Assembly (NCBI GenBank): GCA_043816345.1
Contig: JBDRIA010000013.1
Span: 1-59,730 of the forward strand
Reading direction: 5' to 3'
Source of the DNA: Chloroflexota bacterium
GTDB lineage: Bacteria > Chloroflexota > Dehalococcoidia > Lucifugimonadales > UBA2985
Length of the DNA stretch: 59,730 nt
Positions 10,032 to 19,665 of this stretch are shown here, piece after piece. Under the pieces are notes generated by a model. The model was given only the letters and a program-made list of their open reading frames with translations, did not search any database and was not told the origin of the DNA. The translations under genes were made by a program, and so were the position numbers. The stretch's first letter is position 1. The number at the start of each line of letters is the position of its first letter.

Positions 10032-11213
10032 CTACCCAGGCGGCTCAGCCAACACGTCCAGGTACTTGTAAGCCGAGCCTGTGTTCATTAGCACTATGGT
10101 TGCCGATGGGTCAATGGCGCCCTCTTTGAGCAGCTGCTTCAGGCCCGATAACGTGGCTGCACCTTCGGGACAAGGGAAGATGCCCTCAGCCGAGGCCATG
10201 GCCTGCACATTCCTCAAGATCTCCTCGTCGGATACTGATACTGCGGTGCCGCCGCTCTCTCGCAGGGCGTGGAGAATCAGGTAGTCGCCAATGGCTGTTG
10301 GCACACGGATGCCCGCAGCGATGGTGCTAGCACCGTGCCAGGGTTCGGCGTGATCCGCCCTCTCCTGAAAGGCCCGTACTATAGGAGCACACCCCTCTGA
10401 CTGGACGGCCACCATGCGGGTGGTGATACGCTCCAACCAGCCCAGGGCCATCATCTCTTGGAAGGCCTTCCAGATGCCCACTATCCCCGTGCCTCCACCG
10501 GTGGGGTACACGATCATATCTGGGGTGTGCCAGCCGAGCTGCTCCGCCAATTCGTAGCCCATAGTTTTCTTTCCCTCGACGCGGTAGGGTTCCTGGAGGG
10601 TGGACAGATCGAACAGGCCTTCCTGATCAGCTTTCTCCCGTGAAAGCCGCGCTGCATCGCCGATGAGGCCGTCCACCAGGGTGAGGTGAGCGCCGAAGGC
10701 TAGGCACTCCTGCTGGTTACTCAGCGGTGCGTCCTTGGGCATAAAGACGTGGGCCTCCATGCTTCCCTGGGCGCAATAGGCGGCCATAGCGCCCGCCGCA
10801 TTCCCTGCGGATGGCACGGTCAGCTTGGTAAGACCCAGTTCCTTGGCCTTGGATACGGCGGCGGAAATCCCGCGGGCCTTGAAGGACCCGGTGGGGTTGC
10901 CGCTCTCGTCTTTGATGTATATTTGGGGACAGCCCAGTTGGGCACCCAGGGTTCTGGCGTGGATTAGGGGTGTCATACCCTCTCCCAGCGATAGAACGTT
11001 CTCTTGGTGGCGGACAGGCATCAGCTCAAAGTAGCGCCACATGCTGGGTCGGCGGGATGCCAGGCTGTCTCGGTTCAGCTCCTTGCGAGCGCTTTCCAGG
11101 TCGTAACGGGCGTAAAGCACCTTACCGCAGGCCTGGCAGGTCCGATGAGCTTCCTCGGCCGAGTATGTATCACCGCAGGCGGTACATTCGAGGTGGGTCA
11201 GATAGCTCTTCAT
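10032..11213 (-). CDS. thrC: Threonine synthase
   Basis: N-terminal CxxC..CxxC ribbon, PLP-lysine motif SFKARG, and a glycine-rich PTGGGTG loop. Confidence 0.9.
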   Translation of the reverse strand: MKSYLTHLECTACGDTYSAEEAHRTCQACGKVLYARYDLESARKELNRDSLASRRPSMWRYFELMPVRHQENVLSLGEGMTPLIHARTLGAQLGCPQIYIKDESGNPTGSFKARGISAAVSKAKELGLTKLTVPSAGNAAGAMAAYCAQGSMEAHVFMPKDAPLSNQQECLAFGAHLTLVDGLIGDAARLSREKADQEGLFDLSTLQEPYRVEGKKTMGYELAEQLGWHTPDMIVYPTGGGTGIVGIWKAFQEMMALGWLERITTRMVAVQSEGCAPIVRAFQERADHAEPWHGASTIAAGIRVPTAIGDYLILHALRESGGTAVSVSDEEILRNVQAMASAEGIFPCPEGAATLSGLKQLLKEGAIDPSATIVLMNTGSAYKYLDVLAEPPG

Positions 11214-11484
11214 GGCATCCTCACTTCGCTGGTGGTATTCGGATTGAATTCCAGGGAATTGTAGTACAGCGCCAGAATAACTAAGGGTAACGCTTGGTCA
11301 TCAACGAGTCGCTCAACATGTCTCTAGGCCAGGTACGGCAGATGCAGTGCCCAGGTGGACTGATGGGTGACTGGCTCACCCAGCACATCCCTGCCTTGGG
11401 AGCACCGCTGAACACGTGGGTGGCTTACCGTCTGATAGGCTCGCCGCTCTTGTCTACCGAGTTATAGCTGTTCTTGAGGGAGAC

Positions 11485-12834
11485 CTACTCTTCTTTGGCC
11501 TCGTAAAGCTCGTCCCTCATGCGCCGCTGCTGCAATGCGAGGTACTGGTCTCGGGTCATGCTGGGCTTGAAATCTCCCAGCACCCGACGAGCACCGGCGG
11601 CTCCTTCCGAAAGCAGGTCAATGACCGTCATGGCCATGGCTTTGGCAGGGGTGATGACCGCCGCCTCATAGTCCTCGATGACGTAGTCCACGCCGTGGCC
11701 CATGCCCACGGCGCCACTGGTGTAGGGATGGAGGATGGGCAACAGTTGGCTCAAGTCCCCCATGTCCGTGGAGCCGCCCGAGTTGAAAGAGTCCGGGCGG
11801 ATGGCCACGCCCTCTTCACCCACCAGGTGCATGGCGTTTTCCTGAAAGACCTGAGCCATCAGCGGGTTGTTAATGAGAGGCAGGTATCCAGCAATGGTCC
11901 TGATGCGCACTCTGGCACCCACTGCCTGTGCACCGCTCCGGAAGCAGCGGTCCACCTGGGCGTTCACCCGCTCAACGGCCTCCACGCTCTGGCCTCGCAC
12001 CCTCCATTCCAGGCGCACATCTGAGGGTATGGAGCTAACAGCCGTACCCCCCTGAGTAATGATACCGTGAACCCGGGTATTGTCCTCCGCGTGGAAGGTC
12101 TCCCGCTGGGTATTGATAGCATTCAAGGCTATCATGGCAGCGTTGAGGGCGTTGATGCCCTGGTGAGGGGCGCTGCCAGCGTGAGCGGCGCGGCCCTGGT
12201 ACTGAATGTACTTTATGACGTGGCCGTTAGAAGTTCCACCCACGGCCAGTTTCCTGTCCTCAGGCCTGCTGGTGGTGTGGCACATGATGGCCATGTCGAT
12301 ATCGCTGAACTCATCGAGGCGGATGAGTTCCTGCTTGCCACCGATGAAGCCGATTTTCCCCTGGTCCATCAGGTCCATGCGGAACTCGTTCTCTATACCC
12401 CCCTCGGCAGGCACGGCGAAGAGAACGACGTTGCCGCAGAGGTGAGGCAAGATGTCAGATCTCAGCAGGCCGATGCCCACGCCCAACATCATGCCAATTT
12501 GGGCGTGGTGCCCGCAGGCATGGGCAGCGCCGGTTATGGGGTCGACATTGACGTGCCCTGCCACCTTCAGGGAGTCCATCTCTCCGAAGACGGCAATGGT
12601 GGGACCGGGTTCTCCGCCACGCAGGGGCAGGCTCTTGACACCCGTCAAGGCCAGGCCGGTGCGGTGAGGAACGCCCAGTTCGGTCAACTTCTGCGCCACT
12701 AATTGCGACGTCTTTACCTCCCGATAGCCGGGCTCCGGGTTATCTCCGATGGTCTTGGCCACTTGTATGATCTCGTCTCGGTTGGTGTCTATCTGGGCGC
12801 ATACCTGCTCTTTGAGTTCCGCCACGGTTGCCAT
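11485..12834 (-). CDS. M20-family amidohydrolase/peptidase
   Basis: AHACGHH metal-binding motif, a dimerisation-domain-sized insert, and a C-terminal GSTDMG motif. Confidence 0.8.
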   Translation of the reverse strand: MATVAELKEQVCAQIDTNRDEIIQVAKTIGDNPEPGYREVKTSQLVAQKLTELGVPHRTGLALTGVKSLPLRGGEPGPTIAVFGEMDSLKVAGHVNVDPITGAAHACGHHAQIGMMLGVGIGLLRSDILPHLCGNVVLFAVPAEGGIENEFRMDLMDQGKIGFIGGKQELIRLDEFSDIDMAIMCHTTSRPEDRKLAVGGTSNGHVIKYIQYQGRAAHAGSAPHQGINALNAAMIALNAINTQRETFHAEDNTRVHGIITQGGTAVSSIPSDVRLEWRVRGQSVEAVERVNAQVDRCFRSGAQAVGARVRIRTIAGYLPLINNPLMAQVFQENAMHLVGEEGVAIRPDSFNSGGSTDMGDLSQLLPILHPYTSGAVGMGHGVDYVIEDYEAAVITPAKAMAMTVIDLLSEGAAGARRVLGDFKPSMTRDQYLALQQRRMRDELYEAKEE

Positions 12835-13401
12835 CCCACACCTCCTTCAGTCTGATCGCAAAAAGCTCTCGATGGAATCTGGCCCGATGCTAGCATGAAG
12901 CGGGTCAGAGGGCAACCAACACAGTAAGTGAGACACCTGCGCGCCGAAGCCCAAGGGTGTCGGGGTCGCATCATGCACGGAACGCTACGGGAGAAGACTA
13001 CTCTGGAGAGAGTGAGACCGCTGCTGGGTGTAGAAAAGTCCTGTTCGCTCCACCACGGCCTAGCCGCATGGCCGCTACCCCGCTCATGATTGTGAACCTT
13101 CCCAGTGGGATAAGGAGATGTAACCAGCTACCTTTCAAACGACGCAGACGGTACAATTGGGGAGTCCGAGATACCCTCAACCAAGGAGTTCCACCACTTT
13201 GATCTCTTCGCTTGGCAATGTCTCAGATTCACTGACACTCAACACTCGAAGACTTGGATTGAGGAAGCAATCCAGGATCACCACGGGTGTGTGCGTCCCC
13301 GATCGTGCTCTCTTTGGGCACAGGCGGTATTGCGTAGGCGATTGCCGTAGGGAACAGTTACGGAGCCAGGGTTCGGTCAAGTCTTTTCAGGTGGGCGACA
13401 C

Positions 13402-14643
13402 ATGAACGGAAGTGCAGGTGCACCAGACCGGGTATCTAGCTACCGCTGGGTTACCGTCGGCGCGTGGTTCTTCTCCAGCGTGTCCGGGTTTATGGTGTTG
13501 AACACCATGGGAATCCTCTTGCCCTCTATCAGCTCAGAATTCCACCTACAGCCCAGCCAACAAGGTATTCTGGTGTCATCTGCCTTCTGGGGTAACCTTG
13601 CCCTGGCCATCCCCATGAGCTGGTGGACATCTCGCTACCGTCCAAAGGTCCTCACCATGGTGACACTGGGACTAGGGACCCTGTTCCTGTTTCTTCAGGC
13701 TTCGGCTCCGGCTTTCGTCGCCCTGCTGTCCGCTCGGCTGGTTTTTGGCCTTACCATCCTCGCCAGAGAGCCAGCCCGGGCCCTCCTCATTCAACAGTGG
13801 TTCCCACAAAGAGAGGTTGTCCTGGTAAACGGCGTAGGCAATGCCCTATACGGCCTCGTCGTCGGAGGCGGATTGGCGGCAACGCCCCTCATCCTCGGCG
13901 CAATGGGGGACGACTGGAGGATGATGCTCGGTATCTTCGGCACATACTTTGCAGTAGTGACGGCTCTCTGGACGGTCCTGGGAAGGGAGCGAGTGACCAC
14001 CGAGTACCTGAAGCGAGCAGTCCCTCGCGAGACTGGTCTGCTGAAAGGTGCCTTGACCTATCGTGACCTCTGGGTGGGGGGGGTCGGGTTCATGGGAGCC
14101 AGTCTGGCTATGTCCTCTTTCCTCAGCTTCTTGCCGACCCTGATGCTGGATACTCATCACATCCCCTTGCGCTGGTCGGGAATAGCTCTTGCCATTGACG
14201 TTGTTGCTGGCGGTGCAATCGGTCTTGGCGTCGGCTACGTCGTCATGCTTCGAAGCAACGGCAAGTTGTTTCTTAAAGTTTTTGGCCTTCTCATGGCGAC
14301 TACCTACGTGGGTATGGCCCTTGCCGCATCTGTGCCACTGCTGCTGGCTCTGGCGTTCCTAAACGGCACGGCTTGGGGCTTCTGGCCTATCCTACATACC
14401 GTGCCCTTCCAGCTGCCAGGCATCAGGCCACGTGAGGTTGCGGTTGCCCTGGCCTTCACAATGATGATGATATCTTGCGGGACAGTCCTGGGACCCCTGG
14501 TAGTGGGGTTCCTGCAGGAGGCACTGGGGGACCTGAGGCTCACCCTCCTGATTATCGGTTTCGCCCCCCTCTCCCTCAGCGTCGCTGGAACCCTGCTACG
14601 TGTAGGCAGCGACCGGGTTGTCGACACGGGGCGGAGTCAGTGA
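13402..14643 (+). CDS. MFS transporter
   Basis: About 12 hydrophobic segments and an MFS-like loop between TM2 and TM3. Confidence 0.8.
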   Translation: MNGSAGAPDRVSSYRWVTVGAWFFSSVSGFMVLNTMGILLPSISSEFHLQPSQQGILVSSAFWGNLALAIPMSWWTSRYRPKVLTMVTLGLGTLFLFLQASAPAFVALLSARLVFGLTILAREPARALLIQQWFPQREVVLVNGVGNALYGLVVGGGLAATPLILGAMGDDWRMMLGIFGTYFAVVTALWTVLGRERVTTEYLKRAVPRETGLLKGALTYRDLWVGGVGFMGASLAMSSFLSFLPTLMLDTHHIPLRWSGIALAIDVVAGGAIGLGVGYVVMLRSNGKLFLKVFGLLMATTYVGMALAASVPLLLALAFLNGTAWGFWPILHTVPFQLPGIRPREVAVALAFTMMMISCGTVLGPLVVGFLQEALGDLRLTLLIIGFAPLSLSVAGTLLRVGSDRVVDTGRSQ

Positions 14644-14826
14644 AGAAGCGAACACCTGGCCGCATGAGACGTGTCCAGTAGGCCGTCCCGACGTACCGCC
14701 GCTGAAGGAGCACCCCCCTGGGTTACACAACTTGCCAGAAGGCCAGGAAGTTCAACTAGAACTGGATTTTCTGGACCTCTCCCTTGACGTCATCATCGGT
14801 AAGGCGGAAGTAGATGCGGGTCGGGT

Positions 14827-16179
14827 TCACCCCCGTGGGCGACGTGATGGAGACGCTGGTTTCCGAGCCAGGAGGATGAGGGTGGCTGCCAGGAAGTTCA
14901 CCACTGCCAGGCCGAGGAAGGGGAGGAAATAGCTGCCCAGAGTATCGAAGAGGTAGCCCACCACGATAGGGCCACCCATCCCGATGATGTTCATGGGCAG
15001 TTGTGAGACCCCTAGAATCGTGGCGAAATTCTTTCTACCAAAGTAGTCCCCTCGTATGGCTATCAGCAAGGGCACCCTTCCGCCAAAGCCGATGCCGAAC
15101 AGTATGGCGAAGAGAAAGGCCGCAGGAACTGTGCTCATGAACACCGCAGTCAACATACCGGTCGCCTGCATGGCAACAAAGAAGGTGATAAGCGTGCGCT
15201 TCGGAAAGTGGTCACCGATGATGCCTGCTACAAGCTGGGCCAACAATGCCGCGAAGGTATAGGTGGCCACCACCGTTCCCGCCATCGGGAGGGACATTCC
15301 CATATCCGTCAAGGCGGGTACGATGTGGACGGAGACGGTAACGAAGACGGCAGCCGCGAAACCATGGCACATAGTGATGAACCAGAAGGCAGGGGTCCGC
15401 AGGGCTTCTCCCACGGTGAAGCTGGTGTCATCCTCATTCGCTGCCTCATTTGTAGTGGCATCGGCTACCGAGGGATCAGGAGCAGGGTCGCCGTCGGGGC
15501 GGAGACCATACTCCTCCGGGCGGTTGCGCACCGACATAGCGATGGGTATGGCCAGAGCCCATGTGCCAAGCCCCAACCCCAGGGCAGTGGCCCTCCAGCC
15601 GCAGGAGATGGCCAACCAGGCCAGGGCAGGCACCAACAGCCCCCCCATGCTTTGCCCGGTCATACCTATGGCCATGGCCGTAGCCCGCCGGCGTACGAAC
15701 CAGTGATTGAGGGTTGTCATCAGTGGGAGGAATCCGGCCAGGCCAGCGCCCGCGTAGATGAGCAGGAAGGCCAAATAGAAGCCGACGGCGTTCTGAATGA
15801 GGCTGAGACCGATTAACCCCACTCCAAGTATCATCAACCCGATGAAGATCATGCGGCGGGCCCCCAGGCGATCGGTGAGGAAACCCTCCAGAGGTCCCAG
15901 CAGGGCCCCCTCGGCGCGGCTGAGAGAGAAGGCGCCGGCAAGGAGCGCGCGGCTCCACCCGAAGTGGCGCTCTAGGGCCACGAAGAAAACGCCCAAGCCC
16001 TGCATGGTGGGGCCCATCACTACGGCCATGGTGAACGCGGTGAGTGCCACCAGCTTCCATCCGTAGAAGATGTGGGGGGGTCTTGCGAATCGAAGGGTTC
16101 TACCTGCTAATTGGCGCATAAGAGATGTGCTTGGAGGAATCCATGAGATTCTACCACACGGGGGACATTCTGTCGGCAT
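14827..16179 (-). CDS. MFS transporter (oxalate/formate antiporter-like)
   Basis: GPLEGFLTDRLGARR loop motif and multiple TM segments. The N-terminal extension is uncertain. Confidence 0.8.
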   Translation of the reverse strand: MPTECPPCGRISWIPPSTSLMRQLAGRTLRFARPPHIFYGWKLVALTAFTMAVVMGPTMQGLGVFFVALERHFGWSRALLAGAFSLSRAEGALLGPLEGFLTDRLGARRMIFIGLMILGVGLIGLSLIQNAVGFYLAFLLIYAGAGLAGFLPLMTTLNHWFVRRRATAMAIGMTGQSMGGLLVPALAWLAISCGWRATALGLGLGTWALAIPIAMSVRNRPEEYGLRPDGDPAPDPSVADATTNEAANEDDTSFTVGEALRTPAFWFITMCHGFAAAVFVTVSVHIVPALTDMGMSLPMAGTVVATYTFAALLAQLVAGIIGDHFPKRTLITFFVAMQATGMLTAVFMSTVPAAFLFAILFGIGFGGRVPLLIAIRGDYFGRKNFATILGVSQLPMNIIGMGGPIVVGYLFDTLGSYFLPFLGLAVVNFLAATLILLARKPASPSRRPRG

Positions 16180-16330
16180 GGGGATCGAGCTTCTCGCCTG
16201 GCAGGTACGCCCCTATGCTGCTACAACGGTGCCGCCTGCCGATGTAATCACATCGAAAGCAACTCCTAATTCAGTTTATGGGACAGGCTCAAAGGCACGG
16301 CATAAGGCCGCGTCTCCATCGACTTCTCGG

Positions 16331-17062
16331 TCACCGCAGCCGTATGTATCGGAAAGACTCGGCATAGCTCATGGCGTGGGCACTCCCCACTTCCGCGCAC
16401 CGCCCCTTGATTCGTTCCGCCATGCCCTGCAGCCGCTCCGGGTCTTTCCCTACCTGGGACTTGTGCTCGTACAGTGCTGCGATCTTGACGTCAATGGTGT
16501 CGGCGATGTCCACCCAGACGGTGGCATTGGGGCCTTGCGCGCCCAGGTACACCTCCAGGGTCTTGTGGGGCATGAGGCCCTCTTCGGCGATGAGTTCTGG
16601 GAAAACGTGGTAGTCCCGGGCCGAGGGGAAGACGGCATCCAGGGCGGCGTTTCCTGCGGCCCGATGGTCCGGGTGGTTGATGTAGCCATCGCTGTAGCGC
16701 ATGGTGGGGTCCTGGCAGACCAGCACGTCGGGCTTGTAGCGGCGAATCTGGCGCACCAGGTCCCTGCGCAGCTCCAGGGTGTTCTGGAGAGTGCCGTCGG
16801 GATAGCCTAGGAAGACCACGTCCTTAGCGCCCACGACCGCGGCGGCGGCGCGTTGCTCCCTCTCCCGGATGATTGCCAACTTCTCTGGCTTCATCTCTGG
16901 GTCGGAGCTGCCCTTGTCCCCACTTGTGCACAGGACGTAGTAAATCTCGCTGCCCTGGCGCGCCCACTTGGCCAGTGTGCCGGCGGCCATGTACTCTCCG
17001 TCGTCTGGGTGGGCCACAATGAGCATGACCCGTTTGGCATCTCCGCTAGCAGACTCAACCAT
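16331..17062 (-). CDS. PIG-L/LmbE-family N-acetylglucosaminyl deacetylase
   Basis: VAHPDDGE zinc motif and a later HPDH motif. Confidence 0.85.
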   Translation of the reverse strand: MVESASGDAKRVMLIVAHPDDGEYMAAGTLAKWARQGSEIYYVLCTSGDKGSSDPEMKPEKLAIIREREQRAAAAVVGAKDVVFLGYPDGTLQNTLELRRDLVRQIRRYKPDVLVCQDPTMRYSDGYINHPDHRAAGNAALDAVFPSARDYHVFPELIAEEGLMPHKTLEVYLGAQGPNATVWVDIADTIDVKIAALYEHKSQVGKDPERLQGMAERIKGRCAEVGSAHAMSYAESFRYIRLR

Positions 17063-17364
17063 AGCTAGTTTCTCCTTTAATTCTAGGTCTCCTGGGCTTC
17101 AGCGCAAGTATTGGCCGAAGCGTTGGCGTGAGCGTGGCCTGGGCAAAGGGTTGGTATTGGGCACCAGGGCTCAAGTCATCATGGCCTGGATTGCGGAGTG
17201 GAAGTTATCCGTTCCGTTCCTTCTTATCCCCCCATCTTTCGCGGCCTGGATGTCGCCCACCTTGACGATCTCCAAGCCTTCCAGGTGTGGGTTTGTGGAC
17301 CTGCTCCAGGGTGTGGAAACGGTGTCAATAGCCAATCATAGCCCTCGCTTCGCGGTTCTGGGAT

Positions 17365-17444
17365 TGGGGTGAGCGGAGGGATTTGAACCCTCGATCTCCA
17401 GGGCCACAACCTGGCGCCTTAGACCTAGCTTGGCCACGCCCACC
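17365..17444 (-). tRNA. tRNA-His (GTG) with encoded CCA and a G-1 residue
   Basis: Manual fold. Acceptor GTGGGCG/CGCTCAC preceded by an extra G. Anticodon arm CCAGG-TTGTGGC-CCTGG. T arm GAGGG-TTCAAAT-CCCTC. Confidence 0.9.
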
Positions 17445-17470
17445 ACGATGATGGCCAGCAGACGAGGCGA

Positions 17471-17499
17471 ATTCTAGCATTGCCCCTATGGGAGGTCAA
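17471..17499 (-). promoter_or_regulatory. Sigma70-like promoter of tRNA-His
   Basis: The minus strand reads TTGACC, 17 nt, TAGAAT, about 20 nt upstream of the mature tRNA 5' end. Confidence 0.55.
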
Positions 17500-17504
17500 G
17501 GAGA

Positions 17505-17520
17505 GCGTCTTGCATAATTC
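17505..17520 (+). promoter_or_regulatory. Copy 1 of the conserved 16-nt motif GCGTCTTGCATAaTTC
   Basis: The same motif occurs at 19689..19704, at 23046..23061, and inverted at 19664..19679. Followed by TACAAT (17540) and GGAGG (17561). Confidence 0.5.
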
Positions 17521-17571
17521 CCTGGATATGGAGTTGGGGTACAATGAGCGCATCTCGCTTGGAGGTGCGGC

Positions 17572-18144
17572 ATGTCGTGGGTTGAAATGCTTGGAATCAT
17601 CGGTTTTGGGCTGGCTGTAGTGGCAACAGTCTTGACGGCTCTTCAAATGTGGATGTCACGCCCCCAAGTAAAGTGCTTCTTTCACAGGCAGGAACTGGAT
17701 GCGGGAGTGTATTTAATAGGCATGGTTGGTAATAAACCACCCCGGAGAAGGTTCCAATCTCTTGGGTTCACGAGAACTGAGCCGCATGTTGTCGTCATGC
17801 TCAAGATATTCAGGCCAGGTAGTGGAACCTTGTTGAGCGAGCACATAGTACCACTGCGCTCGCCAGAAGAGATGAATGCTACGGACAAACTTGCGTATCG
17901 GGCAAGTTTGCCACCAAGTGACATGATGCATATGTTTGGAGTTGTCGCTTGGCCGAAGGGTGCAGACGGTGCCTATGCCGATATTCCCAATTCAGGCAAC
18001 CCCCCTCTTCGGCTTCCCGAAGGAACTTGCAGAATTGAAGTAGAAATAGTCATTACAGGAGTCCCTGTCAAACACGAGGCAAGTGCAATCATTGGGAAAG
18101 ACCCCGCTTCTACTAAATGGTTGGCAGGGAAAAACGTTATTTAA
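17572..18144 (+). CDS. Hypothetical N-terminally membrane-anchored protein
   Basis: GGAGG 6 nt before the ATG and one N-terminal TM helix. The C-terminal region aligns by eye with ORF 26716..27282. The stop lies inside the IS end. Confidence 0.55.
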   Translation: MSWVEMLGIIGFGLAVVATVLTALQMWMSRPQVKCFFHRQELDAGVYLIGMVGNKPPRRRFQSLGFTRTEPHVVVMLKIFRPGSGTLLSEHIVPLRSPEEMNATDKLAYRASLPPSDMMHMFGVVAWPKGADGAYADIPNSGNPPLRLPEGTCRIEVEIVITGVPVKHEASAIIGKDPASTKWLAGKNVI

Positions 18145-19108
18145 CTACCTGCATCGCAATGAGAGACAGATAACAATGAGCCGTAACTTTCCGAATACCC
18201 CGCACAGTGATGTGATTCAAGGAGCGTTGCCCCTTGAGCCTAGAGTTGACCCGTTCCACGCTGGAACGTTGGCGATACAACGCCTGCCATCCGGCGGTCT
18301 GTCGCATCTCCGCAACATCGGCGGCGTATCGTTTGTGGCTAGCGTTGGGGTCAATGATAGGCTGCGCCCTGTACTGCCGCTTGATAAGATTGTAAAGGGG
18401 TTTGCCAGAGTACCCCTTATCAGCCATAGCATACTTGGGACGGAACTTGCTCGTAGTGAACCTCGCTTCACTGAGTACATTGGAGGCCCTGCTAGCGTCG
18501 TGAGCATTACCAGGGCTGACGTTGGCAGCTATGGGGAGTTCGCTTTCGCAGTCAACCAACAGGTGGAGTTTCCAGCCAAGAGTGAACTCCGTTTTCCCGT
18601 GTGTGTTCTTCTTGACACTCCACCCTGCTTCTTTGTCAGAAGGATTGGGCTTACCCCCGTTGACCCATCCCCTGAGAGTGGTGGAGTCCAGGGCTACCCT
18701 CTGGCCGAACCCTGGGATAGTTTGGTAGTGCTGACGCACCAACCGCCTAGACACATCCTTCAACTTTGCTGCTATCTGATACTTGGAGAGCCTAGCGAAG
18801 AACCGAGAGAACGTGGCCTCATGGGGGATGCAGTTGGGGGAAGGAATGCCACAAGCTTCAGCGATGAAGGGGTTGTTCTGAAGGGTGCGAATGAGGGCGG
18901 CGGTAGATTCCAAGCCCATGACGTACTTAGCTACCAAGCAATGCCGGAGCACTTCTACGGGATGCCCTTTGGGGCCACGGCGCATAGGGCCGATGAGGGC
19001 TTGCAGAAGGGGTTCATCGTCCAGACTGTCAAAGACACCCCGAAGCTGGGCGACAATCGGCGGTGCTTGAACGGCAACGCCAACGGCGGTATCATTAAGT
19101 GTGACCAC
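18137..19108 (-). CDS. DDE transposase (IS4/IS5 superfamily)
   Basis: D (ALDSTTL), D (AMADKGYS) and E (YRQRSSVERVNSRLK) regions are characteristic. Confidence 0.85.
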   Translation of the reverse strand: MVTLNDTAVGVAVQAPPIVAQLRGVFDSLDDEPLLQALIGPMRRGPKGHPVEVLRHCLVAKYVMGLESTAALIRTLQNNPFIAEACGIPSPNCIPHEATFSRFFARLSKYQIAAKLKDVSRRLVRQHYQTIPGFGQRVALDSTTLRGWVNGGKPNPSDKEAGWSVKKNTHGKTEFTLGWKLHLLVDCESELPIAANVSPGNAHDASRASNVLSEARFTTSKFRPKYAMADKGYSGKPLYNLIKRQYRAQPIIDPNASHKRYAADVAEMRQTAGWQALYRQRSSVERVNSRLKGQRSLNHITVRGIRKVTAHCYLSLIAMQVVK

Positions 19109-19300
19109 TGGATGCTAACTCCATCCTGTCGGTCTGGGGTCGTGGGTGTAACAGCACTCACGGCCCCACCAAGATTTGTATCTAGTGTACGCTTGAGCGT
19201 GGCTAGAGTCAATAGCAAATGGCGTACTTTCGTAACCAATTCTAGCGAGATTATTACGAAAGTAAATCCCGATATGCTGTTTGCTTATCAATATGCACCC
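18145..19300 (-). mobile_element. IS4/IS5-like insertion sequence (boundaries approximate)
   Basis: Contains the DDE transposase. The left end CACCTGCATCGCAAT.. recurs in two truncated copies. A weak inverted match lies at 19277..19300. Confidence 0.6.
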
Positions 19301-19306
19301 TTTGGG

Positions 19307-19380
19307 TGGCTGCGGAGGTGGGAATCGAACCCACGTCTCCAGGTTGACGGCCAGGCGTGCTACCGTTACACCACTCCGCA
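19307..19380 (-). tRNA. tRNA-like gene with anticodon position GTC (Asp) but a non-canonical anticodon arm
   Basis: Perfect acceptor (TGCGGAG/CTCCGCA, G73, CCA), D arm and T arm (GTGGG-TTCGATT-CCCAC). The anticodon stem CCTGG/CCTGG has a central T-T mismatch. The loop CCGTCAA has C at position 33. Confidence 0.6.
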
Positions 19381-19476
19381 GTGTTCTGGGGCTAGTCGTT
19401 TAGCTTGTCGGCAGGCGACTAGCCCTGTCTTCATTCCTAATGTAACCCAGGTTTGCACGGAGGAGGCAAGGGAAAC

Positions 19477-19665
19477 ATGGCCTATTTTTTGCCAATCAAT
19501 GTGAATTATTTCACGCTAGGCATGGCCGCAAAAGAAATCGGCGTGCATAAGGTGACACTATGGCGGTGGATTAGAGATGGGAAACTGGAAACCTACCGCG
19601 TTGGCAGGGAAGTACTGATTGGAAAAGACACGGTAGAACGTCTAAAACAGGAGAGGACACAGTGA
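19477..19665 (+). CDS. Excisionase/MerR-like helix-turn-helix DNA-binding protein
   Basis: FTLGMAAKEIGVHKVTLWRWIRDGKLETYRVGREVLI is the classic excisionase-family HTH. GGAGGAGG lies upstream. Confidence 0.7.
   Translation: MAYFLPINVNYFTLGMAAKEIGVHKVTLWRWIRDGKLETYRVGREVLIGKDTVERLKQERTQ

Noticed and set aside
12990-13060. RNase P RNA-like string GAAAAGTCCTGTTCGCTCCACC
   Set aside because: It resembles the P4 GGAAAGUCCGGGCUCC segment, but none of the other universally conserved RNase P blocks are nearby.
16070-16810. 246-aa plus-strand ORF
   Set aside because: It is antisense to the PIG-L deacetylase and the MFS gene start, and has no motifs.
17224-17409. 61-aa minus-strand ORF
   Set aside because: It overlaps tRNA-His.
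18083-19504. 473-aa plus-strand ORF spanning the IS and the tRNA-like gene
   Set aside because: It is antisense to a clearly recognisable DDE transposase, runs through a tRNA-like gene, and has no recognisable motifs. It is a shadow ORF typical of GC-rich DNA.
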